In this document: in pieces, positions 9,557 through 20,300 of the stretch | Position numbering within the stretch: position 1 is the first letter of the stretch | Layout: every line of letters starts with the position of its first letter | Source of the DNA: a virus | Taxonomy: Duplodnaviria; Caudoviricetes | DNA length: 64,000 nucleotides | Virus record (IMG/VR): IMGVR_UViG_3300037634_002953 | Span: 38,638 to 102,637 of that record | Strand: one strand, 5' to 3' | Translations under genes and position numbers: made by a program | The notes under the pieces: generated by a model | What the model was told of the DNA's origin: nothing | Database searches by the model: none | Seen by the model: the letters and a program-made list of their open reading frames with translations, nothing else

Positions 9557-10355
9557 CTGTTAAAAAATTAATATTATCATAATAAAATATTGAATTAATA
9601 TTAAAATTTTGTATTTTTACTTTATAATTTGGGTAAATCCAACAATTTAGATAATTTACCCAATCATTACTGCCTGAGTTAGCAATAGATCGTTGGCTAT
9701 ACGTTTCATATGTCATGTCAATGACTGTAACTGGCTGATGATTTGTTATCAAATAATCATCTGGTTGTTGAAAACAATTAATTACAATACTATGCATCTG
9801 ACTTGGATCATAATACTTTTTTATATGCTTTTTATTAGTTAAAATTTCTGTCTGTGCTTGTTGCCAGTTCTGCATTATTGGTTCAGCTAGTTTAAAATAT
9901 TCTAAACTAGCGTCAGATTTATTAAAATAAAACATAATAGTAGACGGTTTAAGTAAATTATTATCTTCATAATAACCATCTAACTTAGTTATTGTATCAT
10001 AATTAAATCTAGATTCACTAGTTAAAAAGCATACATTATAACTATGTTCAAAAAAATCAAAAGCTGAGTCTAAATTTTGGCATACAATTGTACTATGATG
10101 AATAAATATTGAGTTATCATAAGGCGATGTATAATACAATTGCCAATCATTTGCACGTAATTCTTTTGCACTTTTGTTTGGTAACTCGATAATATAATCA
10201 AATGCCGCTTCAAATTTGGAGTTTATATTTACTAATTTGTCAATTACCAATGTTACACTTGCATTTGGATTATGAATCTTAATACTATTTGCCAGTGTAG
10301 CGGCTGACTTTTGTTCAGTTTTTGTGTTTGCTGATGTTATAAACCCTCTATTCAT
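9522..10355 (-). CDS. GT8-like glycosyltransferase paralogue with degenerate DxD
   Basis: LANSIKIHNP and YYTSPYDNSIFIHHS align with the neighbour's SPFDQTLLLDID. Confidence 0.55.
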   Translation of the reverse strand: MNRGFITSANTKTEQKSAATLANSIKIHNPNASVTLVIDKLVNINSKFEAAFDYIIELPNKSAKELRANDWQLYYTSPYDNSIFIHHSTIVCQNLDSAFDFFEHSYNVCFLTSESRFNYDTITKLDGYYEDNNLLKPSTIMFYFNKSDASLEYFKLAEPIMQNWQQAQTEILTNKKHIKKYYDPSQMHSIVINCFQQPDDYLITNHQPVTVIDMTYETYSQRSIANSGSNDWVNYLNCWIYPNYKVKIQNFNINSIFYYDNINFLTDEIYATYNKEI

Positions 10356-11220
10356 TATGATCCTCTATTAGTCGACCCAATGCACGTTTGTTCATACAAT
10401 GTATGTCATATTTTTCATGTCTAACTAACAAATTTTTCCAATTTTCAACTGGATCATGAGCTAAACATATCCATGTTTCGTCATCTACACTTTTGATTAT
10501 GTCGTCTTTCTGACTTAAATTTTGCATGGTGCTATTAAAGTTATTGATGGTGTCACCAGGCAGCATGCCATCTAAAATATGTGCTGCAATACTAACACAA
10601 TAGTCAGTACGATACATATGCCCTGGAAAGTTATATAATAGTTTATAGAACTGATAATTATCTTTAACATGTGCCCACATATCAAAAAATAATTTACTTG
10701 TCTCTGATCGATCAAAATAAACTACTGTACTCCACCACATTTTAATACCATTATAGCTTAACCGTTTTTCATTTGGATGTACTGATGCATTCCTTAAAGT
10801 AGTTGCTTTATCAAACATTGCAACTCCAGTATAAGAATCAAATACATGTTCTAAATAATCAGTCTTTAGAATATAATCAATATCTAACAATAATGTCTGA
10901 TCAAACGGGCTATATTCCCATATCTTATGCTTATTACTGTTAGAAAATTGTGCTTTAAATTCAGTCCATGGACTGTCATGATGAACACGTATATTTTTTT
11001 CCAGACTATCATCAGTCAATACAATATGATCAAATGACTGCATTATAACTTCTTGAGTAAATGATTCTTGAAGCCAAGAGTATGATCCACTATTAGTAAT
11101 TAAACAAGTTGGTCTATCTAAATATTTTTTAGCTTTCTTAGCTGCAAACATACTAAGTCTGACATAGTCTATATGTTCGTTATTATACGCATAAAAACAA
11201 ATGCCTTGTGTTGGTTCCAT
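10348..11220 (-). CDS. GT8-like nucleotide-diphospho-sugar transferase
   Basis: K.KIWEYSPFDQTLLLDIDY (DxD), WWSTVVYF, YRTDY, HCMNK. Confidence 0.65.
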   Translation of the reverse strand: MEPTQGICFYAYNNEHIDYVRLSMFAAKKAKKYLDRPTCLITNSGSYSWLQESFTQEVIMQSFDHIVLTDDSLEKNIRVHHDSPWTEFKAQFSNSNKHKIWEYSPFDQTLLLDIDYILKTDYLEHVFDSYTGVAMFDKATTLRNASVHPNEKRLSYNGIKMWWSTVVYFDRSETSKLFFDMWAHVKDNYQFYKLLYNFPGHMYRTDYCVSIAAHILDGMLPGDTINNFNSTMQNLSQKDDIIKSVDDETWICLAHDPVENWKNLLVRHEKYDIHCMNKRALGRLIEDHNE

Positions 11221-11223
11221 TTA

Positions 11224-11568
11224 CTATTCCATTAATTTTTCAAGTTTGCGAATTTTTTTAAGTTTGCTATATTCTGTATTGTACTCTGTCATTGCAGCAC
11301 TATACGCACTAACAAGTGCATCTAAAAATTCACAAGTGTTTTTAATTTCAATCGGGTTTTGTTTTGAATCTTCTATAATAGAAGTATTTAGTTTCAAATC
11401 AACCAGGGCTTTTACAAATGCAATAGTTTGTTGATTAGCTATAAACATGCCATTATTACAATGTACTGTACACAGTTGTTGTACTCTATTTTTAATATTT
11501 TGTTTTTGATTTGCTATTGTTTGGCTATAATTTCCAAATTCCAGAGCTTTTTGCAATCGTTCATCCAT
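11224..11568 (-). CDS. Small helical hypothetical protein heading the GT-folA-thyA operon
   Basis: ORF with AGGAG RBS and an upstream sigma70 promoter. Confidence 0.7.
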   Translation of the reverse strand: MDERLQKALEFGNYSQTIANQKQNIKNRVQQLCTVHCNNGMFIANQQTIAFVKALVDLKLNTSIIEDSKQNPIEIKNTCEFLDALVSAYSAAMTEYNTEYSKLKKIRKLEKLME

Positions 11569-11597
11569 TCAGATAAATCTCCTATAAGTTAATTAGT

Positions 11598-11626
11598 ATT
11601 ATATAATAATTCGGCTTTTTAGTCAA
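11598..11626 (-). promoter_or_regulatory. Sigma70-type promoter for the GT/folA/thyA/radical SAM operon
   Basis: Minus strand TTGACT-N17-TATAAT. Confidence 0.75.
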
Positions 11627-11632
11627 TGATTA

Positions 11633-12742
11633 TTAATGATTGACTAAGGTCCAAACTGTGTTTATACCCAGGACAGGAGCTACCCTGTCTTGAAATTGAT
11701 ATGTTGTAGTATCCGCCGAAAATTTTGATTCAAACGTCGGGCTTGCTGCTAAATCGATATCTGTTGGTGTTTCCATTGGTAGGCGATAGCCAGTAACTAA
11801 ATCCAATGCAATATCAACTGTATTAGTACCTATATCTTCCTCGTCTAATATAACGGTAAATAACATTTCAAAAACACCACCTGGGGCTATTTCAGAACTT
11901 AGTAAATTAATTTTAAGTGTACATGCATCATATTCACCGCCACTATAGTCAGGCTGGCCGTATTCGCTGTAACCATACTCACCACCATACTCACCACCGC
12001 CACCGGTATAATTTGTTTGTGATATTTTTACACTATATAATTCTGTATCAACTCCTGAAAATGCATCAAAGATTCCTTTATTAACTGACGGGATTGATTC
12101 TCCTGTATTAGTTGTGCTTATTGCGCCAACCCAAACCTCACCAATATAATTTAATGATTGGCTCCAGCCTCCGCCACGTGGGTTACCGCCAATGCCAGAT
12201 ATATCAAAAATTATCGAGCCGCCACTATTAAAAAAGTATCTTGCTTCTGCATAATTAGTAAATGTCGCTTTAACTTTTGCATATGCATAATCGTCCCAAT
12301 TTTCCAATGGATTATCATGTTCCACTTGCACTGCACCATCTAAGATATCAACAACAATGTCAGCAGTTGTAGTATTGAATCGTGTATTTTCAATACTACT
12401 AATAAAAGAGTCAACAGTGACATAAGCGGCTGCTGGTATTTTATTACCAGCAAGTTTAAATGAACTACATAATGTATTAGATTCATCTATATGGTAAAGC
12501 CCAGCGTTTAACTGTGCTATAAGTTTATTAAGATGCAATGCTTCAATAGTTGTTGTTGGCGTAACAGGGACTTCAACTGATGCTTGACCCCATCCCTTGC
12601 TATGACTATTTTTAGTGAGTACAGCTAAATCATTGAATGCATAACTTGTATCATCAGCCCAATAGGTATGGTACTCAGCAATTAATTCATTAAATTGCTC
12701 AGCTGTTATTAACTGCTTTTGTCCTATTGGTGGGTTAGCCAT
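11633..12742 (-). CDS. Virion structural (tail/fibre-associated) protein
   Basis: End of the tail operon; GWGQ, ARYFFNSGG.I motifs; internal GGEY repeats. Confidence 0.55.
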   Translation of the reverse strand: MANPPIGQKQLITAEQFNELIAEYHTYWADDTSYAFNDLAVLTKNSHSKGWGQASVEVPVTPTTTIEALHLNKLIAQLNAGLYHIDESNTLCSSFKLAGNKIPAAAYVTVDSFISSIENTRFNTTTADIVVDILDGAVQVEHDNPLENWDDYAYAKVKATFTNYAEARYFFNSGGSIIFDISGIGGNPRGGGWSQSLNYIGEVWVGAISTTNTGESIPSVNKGIFDAFSGVDTELYSVKISQTNYTGGGGEYGGEYGYSEYGQPDYSGGEYDACTLKINLLSSEIAPGGVFEMLFTVILDEEDIGTNTVDIALDLVTGYRLPMETPTDIDLAASPTFESKFSADTTTYQFQDRVAPVLGINTVWTLVNH

Positions 12743-12745
12743 ACT

Positions 12746-13675
12746 TTATTTGGTCCCAACTACTACTTCTACTAGTCCAATACCTTCTGATGTTTTGTCC
12801 TCAAGAGCACGACCAACTATTCGATACCAATCCATATATTCTTGCATTTCATAATCTGTAGGTGCTCTTGCAACACCAGGCTCTTCGCTTGACAACAATC
12901 GTTGACCTTTTTTAACTTGTCCAATAACTTTTACTGGTACTCGGCCTTCTAATGCTACTGCCACAGAAGTACCAGTAGCTTCACTGTTCATTAAATAAGC
13001 AGGATCTGTTGACACAATACCAAATACTTCAGGATCAAATGCTGATGTTGTTTGTGTTACTTCTGCCTCGCCACCAATCTTAACTACTGTGCCTGGTGCA
13101 TATGCTGCATCACTTGCGTACATTTCTGCAAGGTCAGCATATTCAGCTGTTGTTGCTGTACCGTGAAATTTAAAACCAGTTGCAGTAGTCATTGTAATTC
13201 CAGACTTGATTGATGCAAAATTTGTAACTATTTCAGCAGGATTAATACCAGCAGTGGTATTAACTGTAAAATCAGCATCTGTCGAAATAATAAACGCAAT
13301 TTCAGTTAAATCAGTGCCCGACTTGTATGCCACTGTTACTACGTGTTCAACACTTACATCGTCAACTATAGTCATAGTATCAAGAGCTGAACCAGGTACT
13401 CGTTGCCATTCTTTTGTTGAACCATTTATAACACAAGAGAAATATGATTTTTCACCCTTGTTATAATAAAGTTGGCCTTCGACAGCTTTGGCAATATCTG
13501 GTACTGTATTACTTGCACAATTTTCTAACAATTTTAGTTGGTTTTCCGCAATTGATTCTCCATAGCCAAACCAATTTTTACCTACAAATGTAAGATGTGT
13601 ATCAGTATTCAAAGTTCTATCTTGAACATCAATTGGTGTTGTAGTTTGATCAAAAAAGTTTATTTTATATGCCAT
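12746..13675 (-). CDS. Tail fibre-like protein with C-terminal ADLAE / peptidase-G2-like chaperone domain
   Basis: GKNW.GYGE.IAEN.LKLLEN N-terminus; YADLAEMY...VSTDPAYLMN...VALEGRVPVKV C-terminus. Confidence 0.65.
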   Translation of the reverse strand: MAYKINFFDQTTTPIDVQDRTLNTDTHLTFVGKNWFGYGESIAENQLKLLENCASNTVPDIAKAVEGQLYYNKGEKSYFSCVINGSTKEWQRVPGSALDTMTIVDDVSVEHVVTVAYKSGTDLTEIAFIISTDADFTVNTTAGINPAEIVTNFASIKSGITMTTATGFKFHGTATTAEYADLAEMYASDAAYAPGTVVKIGGEAEVTQTTSAFDPEVFGIVSTDPAYLMNSEATGTSVAVALEGRVPVKVIGQVKKGQRLLSSEEPGVARAPTDYEMQEYMDWYRIVGRALEDKTSEGIGLVEVVVGTK

Positions 13676-13678
13676 AAT

Positions 13679-14272
13679 TTAATTTCCCGCCCTAATACGT
13701 AATGTGTAAATCACTTGAATTTTTCTATTTGCTGCTTTTTCAATTGGATGGAAAATTAAATGAGTAATGAATTTACCTGTTTTTAGTTTCAGTCCTATTT
13801 CATCAAATACATAATCATCTTCCATATCAGTACCAGTATCATCGCTATTTTGGCCGCTTGGTTCAGTATAATCAAGCGTACTTGTGATTTTTATATCAGT
13901 ATAATGTTGGCCGTTTTCATGCTCAACTGAAATATTATTTTCATTATCAAATGGCGAAACATTGACAGCTTTTATATATGTTTCATTGTATAATTCACCA
14001 TCTGCACTAGTTGTATTTGGTGTATTATAAGTAATTGCACCCGTTCCAGACACCGCAGTGCCACCGTTACCATATGCCAATTTTTCAATATGGAATGGTT
14101 CGCCAGATGCTGTATCAACTGCATTAACTAAGCCGCCTGCCATAGCTTCACTCATATTTTCAAAGTTGATATGATTGTGTTTATCTAATAAAACTTCACC
14201 ACTATCAGCATCTTTAATTAATACATGACCGTCCATTTCTACTGTGGATTTGTCATTGAATGTGTTGTTCAT
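13679..14272 (-). CDS. Baseplate/fibre-attachment protein (tail-collar, DUF3751-like)
   Basis: GNGGT, FDEIGLK and HPIEK..NR.IQVIYTLRI motifs; follows the wedge genes. Confidence 0.55.
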   Translation of the reverse strand: MNNTFNDKSTVEMDGHVLIKDADSGEVLLDKHNHINFENMSEAMAGGLVNAVDTASGEPFHIEKLAYGNGGTAVSGTGAITYNTPNTTSADGELYNETYIKAVNVSPFDNENNISVEHENGQHYTDIKITSTLDYTEPSGQNSDDTGTDMEDDYVFDEIGLKLKTGKFITHLIFHPIEKAANRKIQVIYTLRIRAGN

Positions 14273-14294
14273 TTTTCATGTTCTCCGTTATATA

Positions 14295-14302
14295 TATTTA
14301 TG
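14295..14302 (-). promoter_or_regulatory. gp55-type late promoter (CATAAATA)
   Basis: T4-late-like NATAAATA about 22 nt upstream of ATG 14272, with GGAG RBS. Confidence 0.55.
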
Positions 14303-14303
14303 C

Positions 14304-17300
14304 TTAAATAGCAATGCCTTTTCCTTGATTTTTCATTACTAATGCTTCGTTACTAGTTGCCGACGGATCAACTAAACTATCGCCTGTGCCAACATCAAAC
14401 ATACGTGATGTTGCCATAGTTACATAGTCATTAAAATCTAACCACGGTAATTCGTTATGCATTGCAAATTCGCTTGAGCTATCAAATGGTTGTAGCACAG
14501 AAGTATCTGAAATATCTATAATTTGTGTTCCGCTAGCATGGCTACCATTAATAGTTTCTCCATTGCTATGCATAACACCTTCAATTTGGTTTCCAGTTAC
14601 ACCAAGATATGATATAACCTCACCGTTAATAAATGCCATACCGCCATGTGCTCTAAACACACTTGGGTCAGTAACTTCAATAGTAGTAGCAGTTCTTAAA
14701 GTATCTGCTGAAACTGTTGTGGCTTTTGCATCTTCTAATCCAAATGCTGCTAGTCTATGATCCTGTCCTATTACATATACATATGTACGTGAATCATTAT
14801 CTACTGTAGCACCTGAACTATTTGTTATTACTTTAAAACTTGCTGATTCATCAATGATACCATTGTATGTAGATCGTCTCGCTACACCACTAGTGATATT
14901 ATAATTAGCTGGGATATCAAATCCGCCGCCGTTGATGCTATCAACTGGAGTTGACGTAAAGTCACCACCGTCTAAAACTGGTATAGCATATGCCGCGAAG
15001 GTTGTACTGTATGTTTCTACATCAGGACCAAATTCATCATTTATTTCATCTTCATACTTGATTTCTATAAATTTATTTACTGACTCTTCAGTAACATTTA
15101 TTTCTGCAATATCTAACACTCGATATTTGTCAAATACTGTTTTAATTTTTGTATGGAATGGCTTAACTTCGTTAATAAATCCTTCAAAAATATCTACATT
15201 ATTTTTATACAAGCGTTTTGGTAAACGATGTGATTGATTAGAAGTATTAATAGTAGTATCAATATTCAATTTAATAAATGTTGTTTTATAGAACCAATCA
15301 ACTTGTGTATGCAAGTTAGCAATATATCTAACTATACCAAAGAAGAAATTATTAAAGTTTTCTAAATAACTATCAATGAATAAATCATTTCTACATGCTT
15401 CTATAATATAATGTACATATCCACTTGGATCATGATCCCAAATACCATCCCAGCTTTGCATATCCCATGCAAATAAATTATTTCGATTCCATATTAAATC
15501 ATTGAATTGAATGGTTGCATTTTTCTTTTTAACTAAATTCCAGCCAGTTCCTGACCATTGATACGTTGCTTCTTTTTGTAAGTTAGTACTAGTACAAACG
15601 GTTGATGGACCAACAATTACAACACTGTGCTTTGACGTATCAATATTAAGTAAATCATTATAAGTTGCTACACTGGCAGTGGCTGAAACTTCATTTGCCG
15701 CAAACGCTTGAGTAATATAATCAGCATAATGCCAAACTAAATTCATATCCCATCCAGAATCTTGAACCCATTCTGAACCAGTACATCTATATAATGTTTC
15801 AGTTTCAGTATTATAAAAACTCTCGCCTTGAAGATTATTATTAATTGGGTCCCAGTTAGTTGTCTTATAAAGTTCGAACTCTGCAGATGTTCCTGTTTCA
15901 GCATCTGCTGGAATGTCATAATAAATTTTTGTTAATGTTCGATCCCATTTACCATCAAGGTTGTCTACTATATTTTGATGAATCAATAATCTATTAATAA
16001 TATCAACCGCTTCTCGTCTAGCATCTAAAGTATCTTTAAACCATGCTTGACTGTGTTTAACACCTGGATATTTATATTGTATACTGCGGTTATCACCATA
16101 TCGGTTAAACTCATGCAATGTTTTATCTGGTAATGGATTATTAGTAATTCGCTGTGTACCAACTAGATTATCCTGTAAACCTATATAGTAATAATCTGGA
16201 ATTAAATCACTAACTTCACTAATAGCAGTCCAACTACTATGTGATGCTAAATCTGGCTTGACGTTAACTTGTATAACACTGTTTACATCATTTACATAAT
16301 ATGCTATATTATTCATTATAAATTTATATTGCGATATTGCTGCTGCCCATGGAATACCACTTGATGTTGGATCATTGATAATAGCAGCTATATTAATAGT
16401 TGCTAATGTTTTGTCAGTACTTGTAATTGTGTTTTTATTTGCTACCCAGAAATAATATACTGTGTCGTAACGACTAAAGTGATCGTTCCATACTGTATCT
16501 TCGGTATAATAATCTATGTATTCACTTGTAGCTTCATCATAAATTCTATATGCTTCACCAGATGCAATTGTACCATAATGATCGTTGCCAGCAGCTACTT
16601 CATTTTCCCACTTGTCTGGTGTTACTGTTGATTTTGTCCATTCATATATATCAACGCTACTTGTATCTGCTTGCTTGCCCCAATTGTTTGCTGCATAATT
16701 CGCATCACCCTGTTTGTAATCAATATAAAATACTGTGCTTGTATCCCACCAAATTTTACCAACTTGATCATTGGTCCATGCATTGCGTTGATTAGTATTA
16801 TAATTAGTGTCATTAGACATATTGTAAACTGCTATATCCACTGGATATTTAAAGTCAATTTCACGATCAGCTACACCTGGAATAATTCCTTGTAGTGGAT
16901 CAAATAATTCTAATTCAATAACTGTTTTCTGTTTGGCTGCATCATATAATCTAATATTTTCCAATACACTATTATCAACATATGTAGTGGTTGAACGATT
17001 TAATGTCACAGTGCCGTCACCATTGTACAGGTAACTGTATGTGCCAGGTGTTGGTGTTGGATCTGCACTTTCTGTTACCCATATTCTATCACCAGTAGCA
17101 AAGTTATAATCACTATTAGCAATAGCCATTGCTGAAATCATATCAGCATATGTGTTAAATCTTGCATTTCTGAATACAAATACTGCTTCAGCTCGCCCGT
17201 CTGTTTCAATAAATCTGTCAATGTAAAAACTATTAATATCTGTGGGTTCTAATGCAGTAACTTTATGTATACCAGATATTGTTGGCGTCGAAGTAGTATT

Positions 17301-20300
17301 TAATAACATCACATAATCGCCAACATTAACTGCTGATCTTGAATATGCATCATTACTACTATTAAATAATGATATCTTAGCATCATTACCATCAGAACTT
17401 ATATCGCCAGCGTCAATAGCTGCCCAGGCTGGAATACGTTGTGATTGTAATACATTCCAACTACTAAAGCTTGCTGTTATATTATTAATTGCTTTTCTTT
17501 CCATTTTGCTATCGTTTAAAATCCATGCATTAAACAATGCAGTATCTTCTGAAGATATATTAGTCCATTTCATTGGATCAAAACTATTACTAGTATTATC
17601 CGAGACACCCAGTATTCCAATTGGCAAGCCAGCTAATGAATTAAAGGATGTATCGCCTATATCCATTTGAACATCGACACCACTGTCTTTTTGTATTACA
17701 ATACGATTAGTTACTACTTGGGCTGTTACACCAGGAATCATAGCTAAATTAATGTCTGCTACTACTTCAGCAGCCGTCGAGTCAGTTGGTTGTTCCCAAC
17801 TTGATCCAATTGCGTATGCGCTTAGTAAACCAAGTAATACCTGTGCTGTGCCACCAAAAGTTAGTTCACTACTTGCACCAAGTCCACTTGATGCTAATTT
17901 TGTAATTTGTATACTGTTGGCACTAGTGCCAACACTGTATGTGGCAGATGGTAGGGCAGCAGCAATTTGACCTTCAATATATGGCAGGTCTTGTAATGCA
18001 TCTTGTACTACCCAATGGGTAGTTACATTATATGTACCAGCTACTAATGCCATAGCACTGTTACCAGATGCTGTATCAATAGTCAATGGATCATATGACC
18101 CTGGATCAGTTGGATCAACACCAGTTGTTCTAGTAATAGCAATTCTAGCAGGATTTGACTCATGATCAACAGCAGCAATAGATAATGCAGTAAGACTACC
18201 GTTACCATTTATTGCAGCTTTTAATTGTGTACGACTAATATAGTATGGCTTAATATAATCAACTGTTACTGTATCACCAACAATTAATGCAGGTGTTGTA
18301 GTAATTGTTTCATTCACATCATCAAATTCAGCAGTATACGGGCCACCAGTATTACTGCCTGGATATGTTGCAGTAATTTCATGCATGGTATCCATTGGTT
18401 CATTTGGGCCAACTAAGTTATAAGTGGCAGCACCAGTGCCAGTAACTACTTCATTTTCATCAGGACTTGGTTTTGCTCCGGCTGCTTGTAAGTCAACAGA
18501 TACAGAATTAATTGATAAAACTAATCCAGTAACATCAACAGCACTGTCATGATCTGCAATTTGCGTAGTTACAGGGACGCCGCCATAAGCTGCACCAGTG
18601 TCAACTTCTTCAACGGTTTCTTCTTTCGTTAAATCTATAACAATTGAACCATCAACTATTAACTGCTTATCGCCAGTCCATGATGGATTTAATTCTGTGC
18701 CTGTTGCTACAATATCTGGATATGTAGTTACGGTTTTATCAAACCAAATATCTATACCATCAATAGTTGCGCTTGCTGGACTAGGTGATGCTGCATATGG
18801 AAAACTAACACTACTTATATCTAATACACCTTGTGCTATAATATAATCTGCTAATTCATTATATCCAATATAGTCAACAGCACACTTATATAATATACCA
18901 TCTTTTCTTATTAAGTCATTAAATTTCCAACTGCGTGAGCCACTCCACGTCGGGATAGTAGCATAATCAGCAGTCGAATTATATATTTCAGCAAATGAAT
19001 CCATTGTACTAGCGATATAATCATATTCATCAATTTTTAAATCGCCAGCTTTGCGTTGTGTAATACCAAGTTGATCGAATGGAACCATATTAAATTCTGT
19101 ATCTATTTCTTTGTTAACATAGTCAAGACTCAAGTCTGCCAAATCAATTATACTAGGATTATCAGTAACTTGAGTACTTTTAATTTTTATCTCTGTTGAT
19201 TTGTTACGTACTGTATCACCAAAATTACTGCTATTAAACATCCAATATTCAGTAACATCAACGTCACTTTGTCCTTGGTTAATAACTGAACTTCGGTTAA
19301 ACTTATCTACAACACTGTTTGTTCCTTTATTCTTTAAAACACCCTGCATAAATTTATTAACAACATTTTCTGGTAAATCAATATTTTTAATCCAGTTAGT
19401 TGCAGTTATGCCCAGTGTCATTCGTTCTAATCTAGCTACATCGTCATTAAATTTTGTAGTATTAAAGTCATATAAATCATTCATGTCAGCAGCAAGAGTA
19501 TCGAAGTTTTGTACAATACTAGTATCGTTAATTAAGTAACCAGGTGCATCTTTTCTGCCCTGCCAATCACGTGTACGTTGTCCAAATAGTTGTAATCGTT
19601 TTTGTTGACTGCCAAGTACTGTATCAAAAATAACTTCATTAAATGTTGTTTTGTTATTAAACAGTATGCCATGATAATATCTAGTTAATCCCACTGTAAC
19701 ACTGCGAATAACATCAACTGTATTTGTTTCAACGTCTGCATTCCATTCACTATTGCTTAATTGTGTTTGCGGCAACTCTGCTGGTCTGTATATAGTGTTA
19801 CCATAATCATCAGTAGTTAAAATGCCACTTGTACTTGCTAAGTTAGATGCACTTGTCACATTTACAATAGTTTCATTTGATTCAGTTGATTTTGGATTAA
19901 TTGATGACGGATGAATTGTTACTGTGTCATTTAATCGTGTGATACATAAATTATCAATAGTAACATCTACTTCATTGCCATTCTTATCTACACCTATTAT
20001 GCTATTAATATTGCCTGGCAAACTACCAAATGGTAATATTGAATATTCAGTGCTGGAGAATGAAACAACTTGGCCAATTTCACTAATATATGTTGTGTCT
20101 ACACCTGCTTGGTTTGCCCATGTCACAGCTTCGTTTGCAATGCCTTCACCAGACACTTGTAAACTAAAGCCCATTGATTCTAGATAATGCGCATATCCAC
20201 GTATAAAGTTATAAACATCTTGAATGCGTGTTAATTTTGTATCAAACTTCAATATACTAGGCGTTTTTGCAAAATGCTTAAATTTCTGAACTGTTAATCC

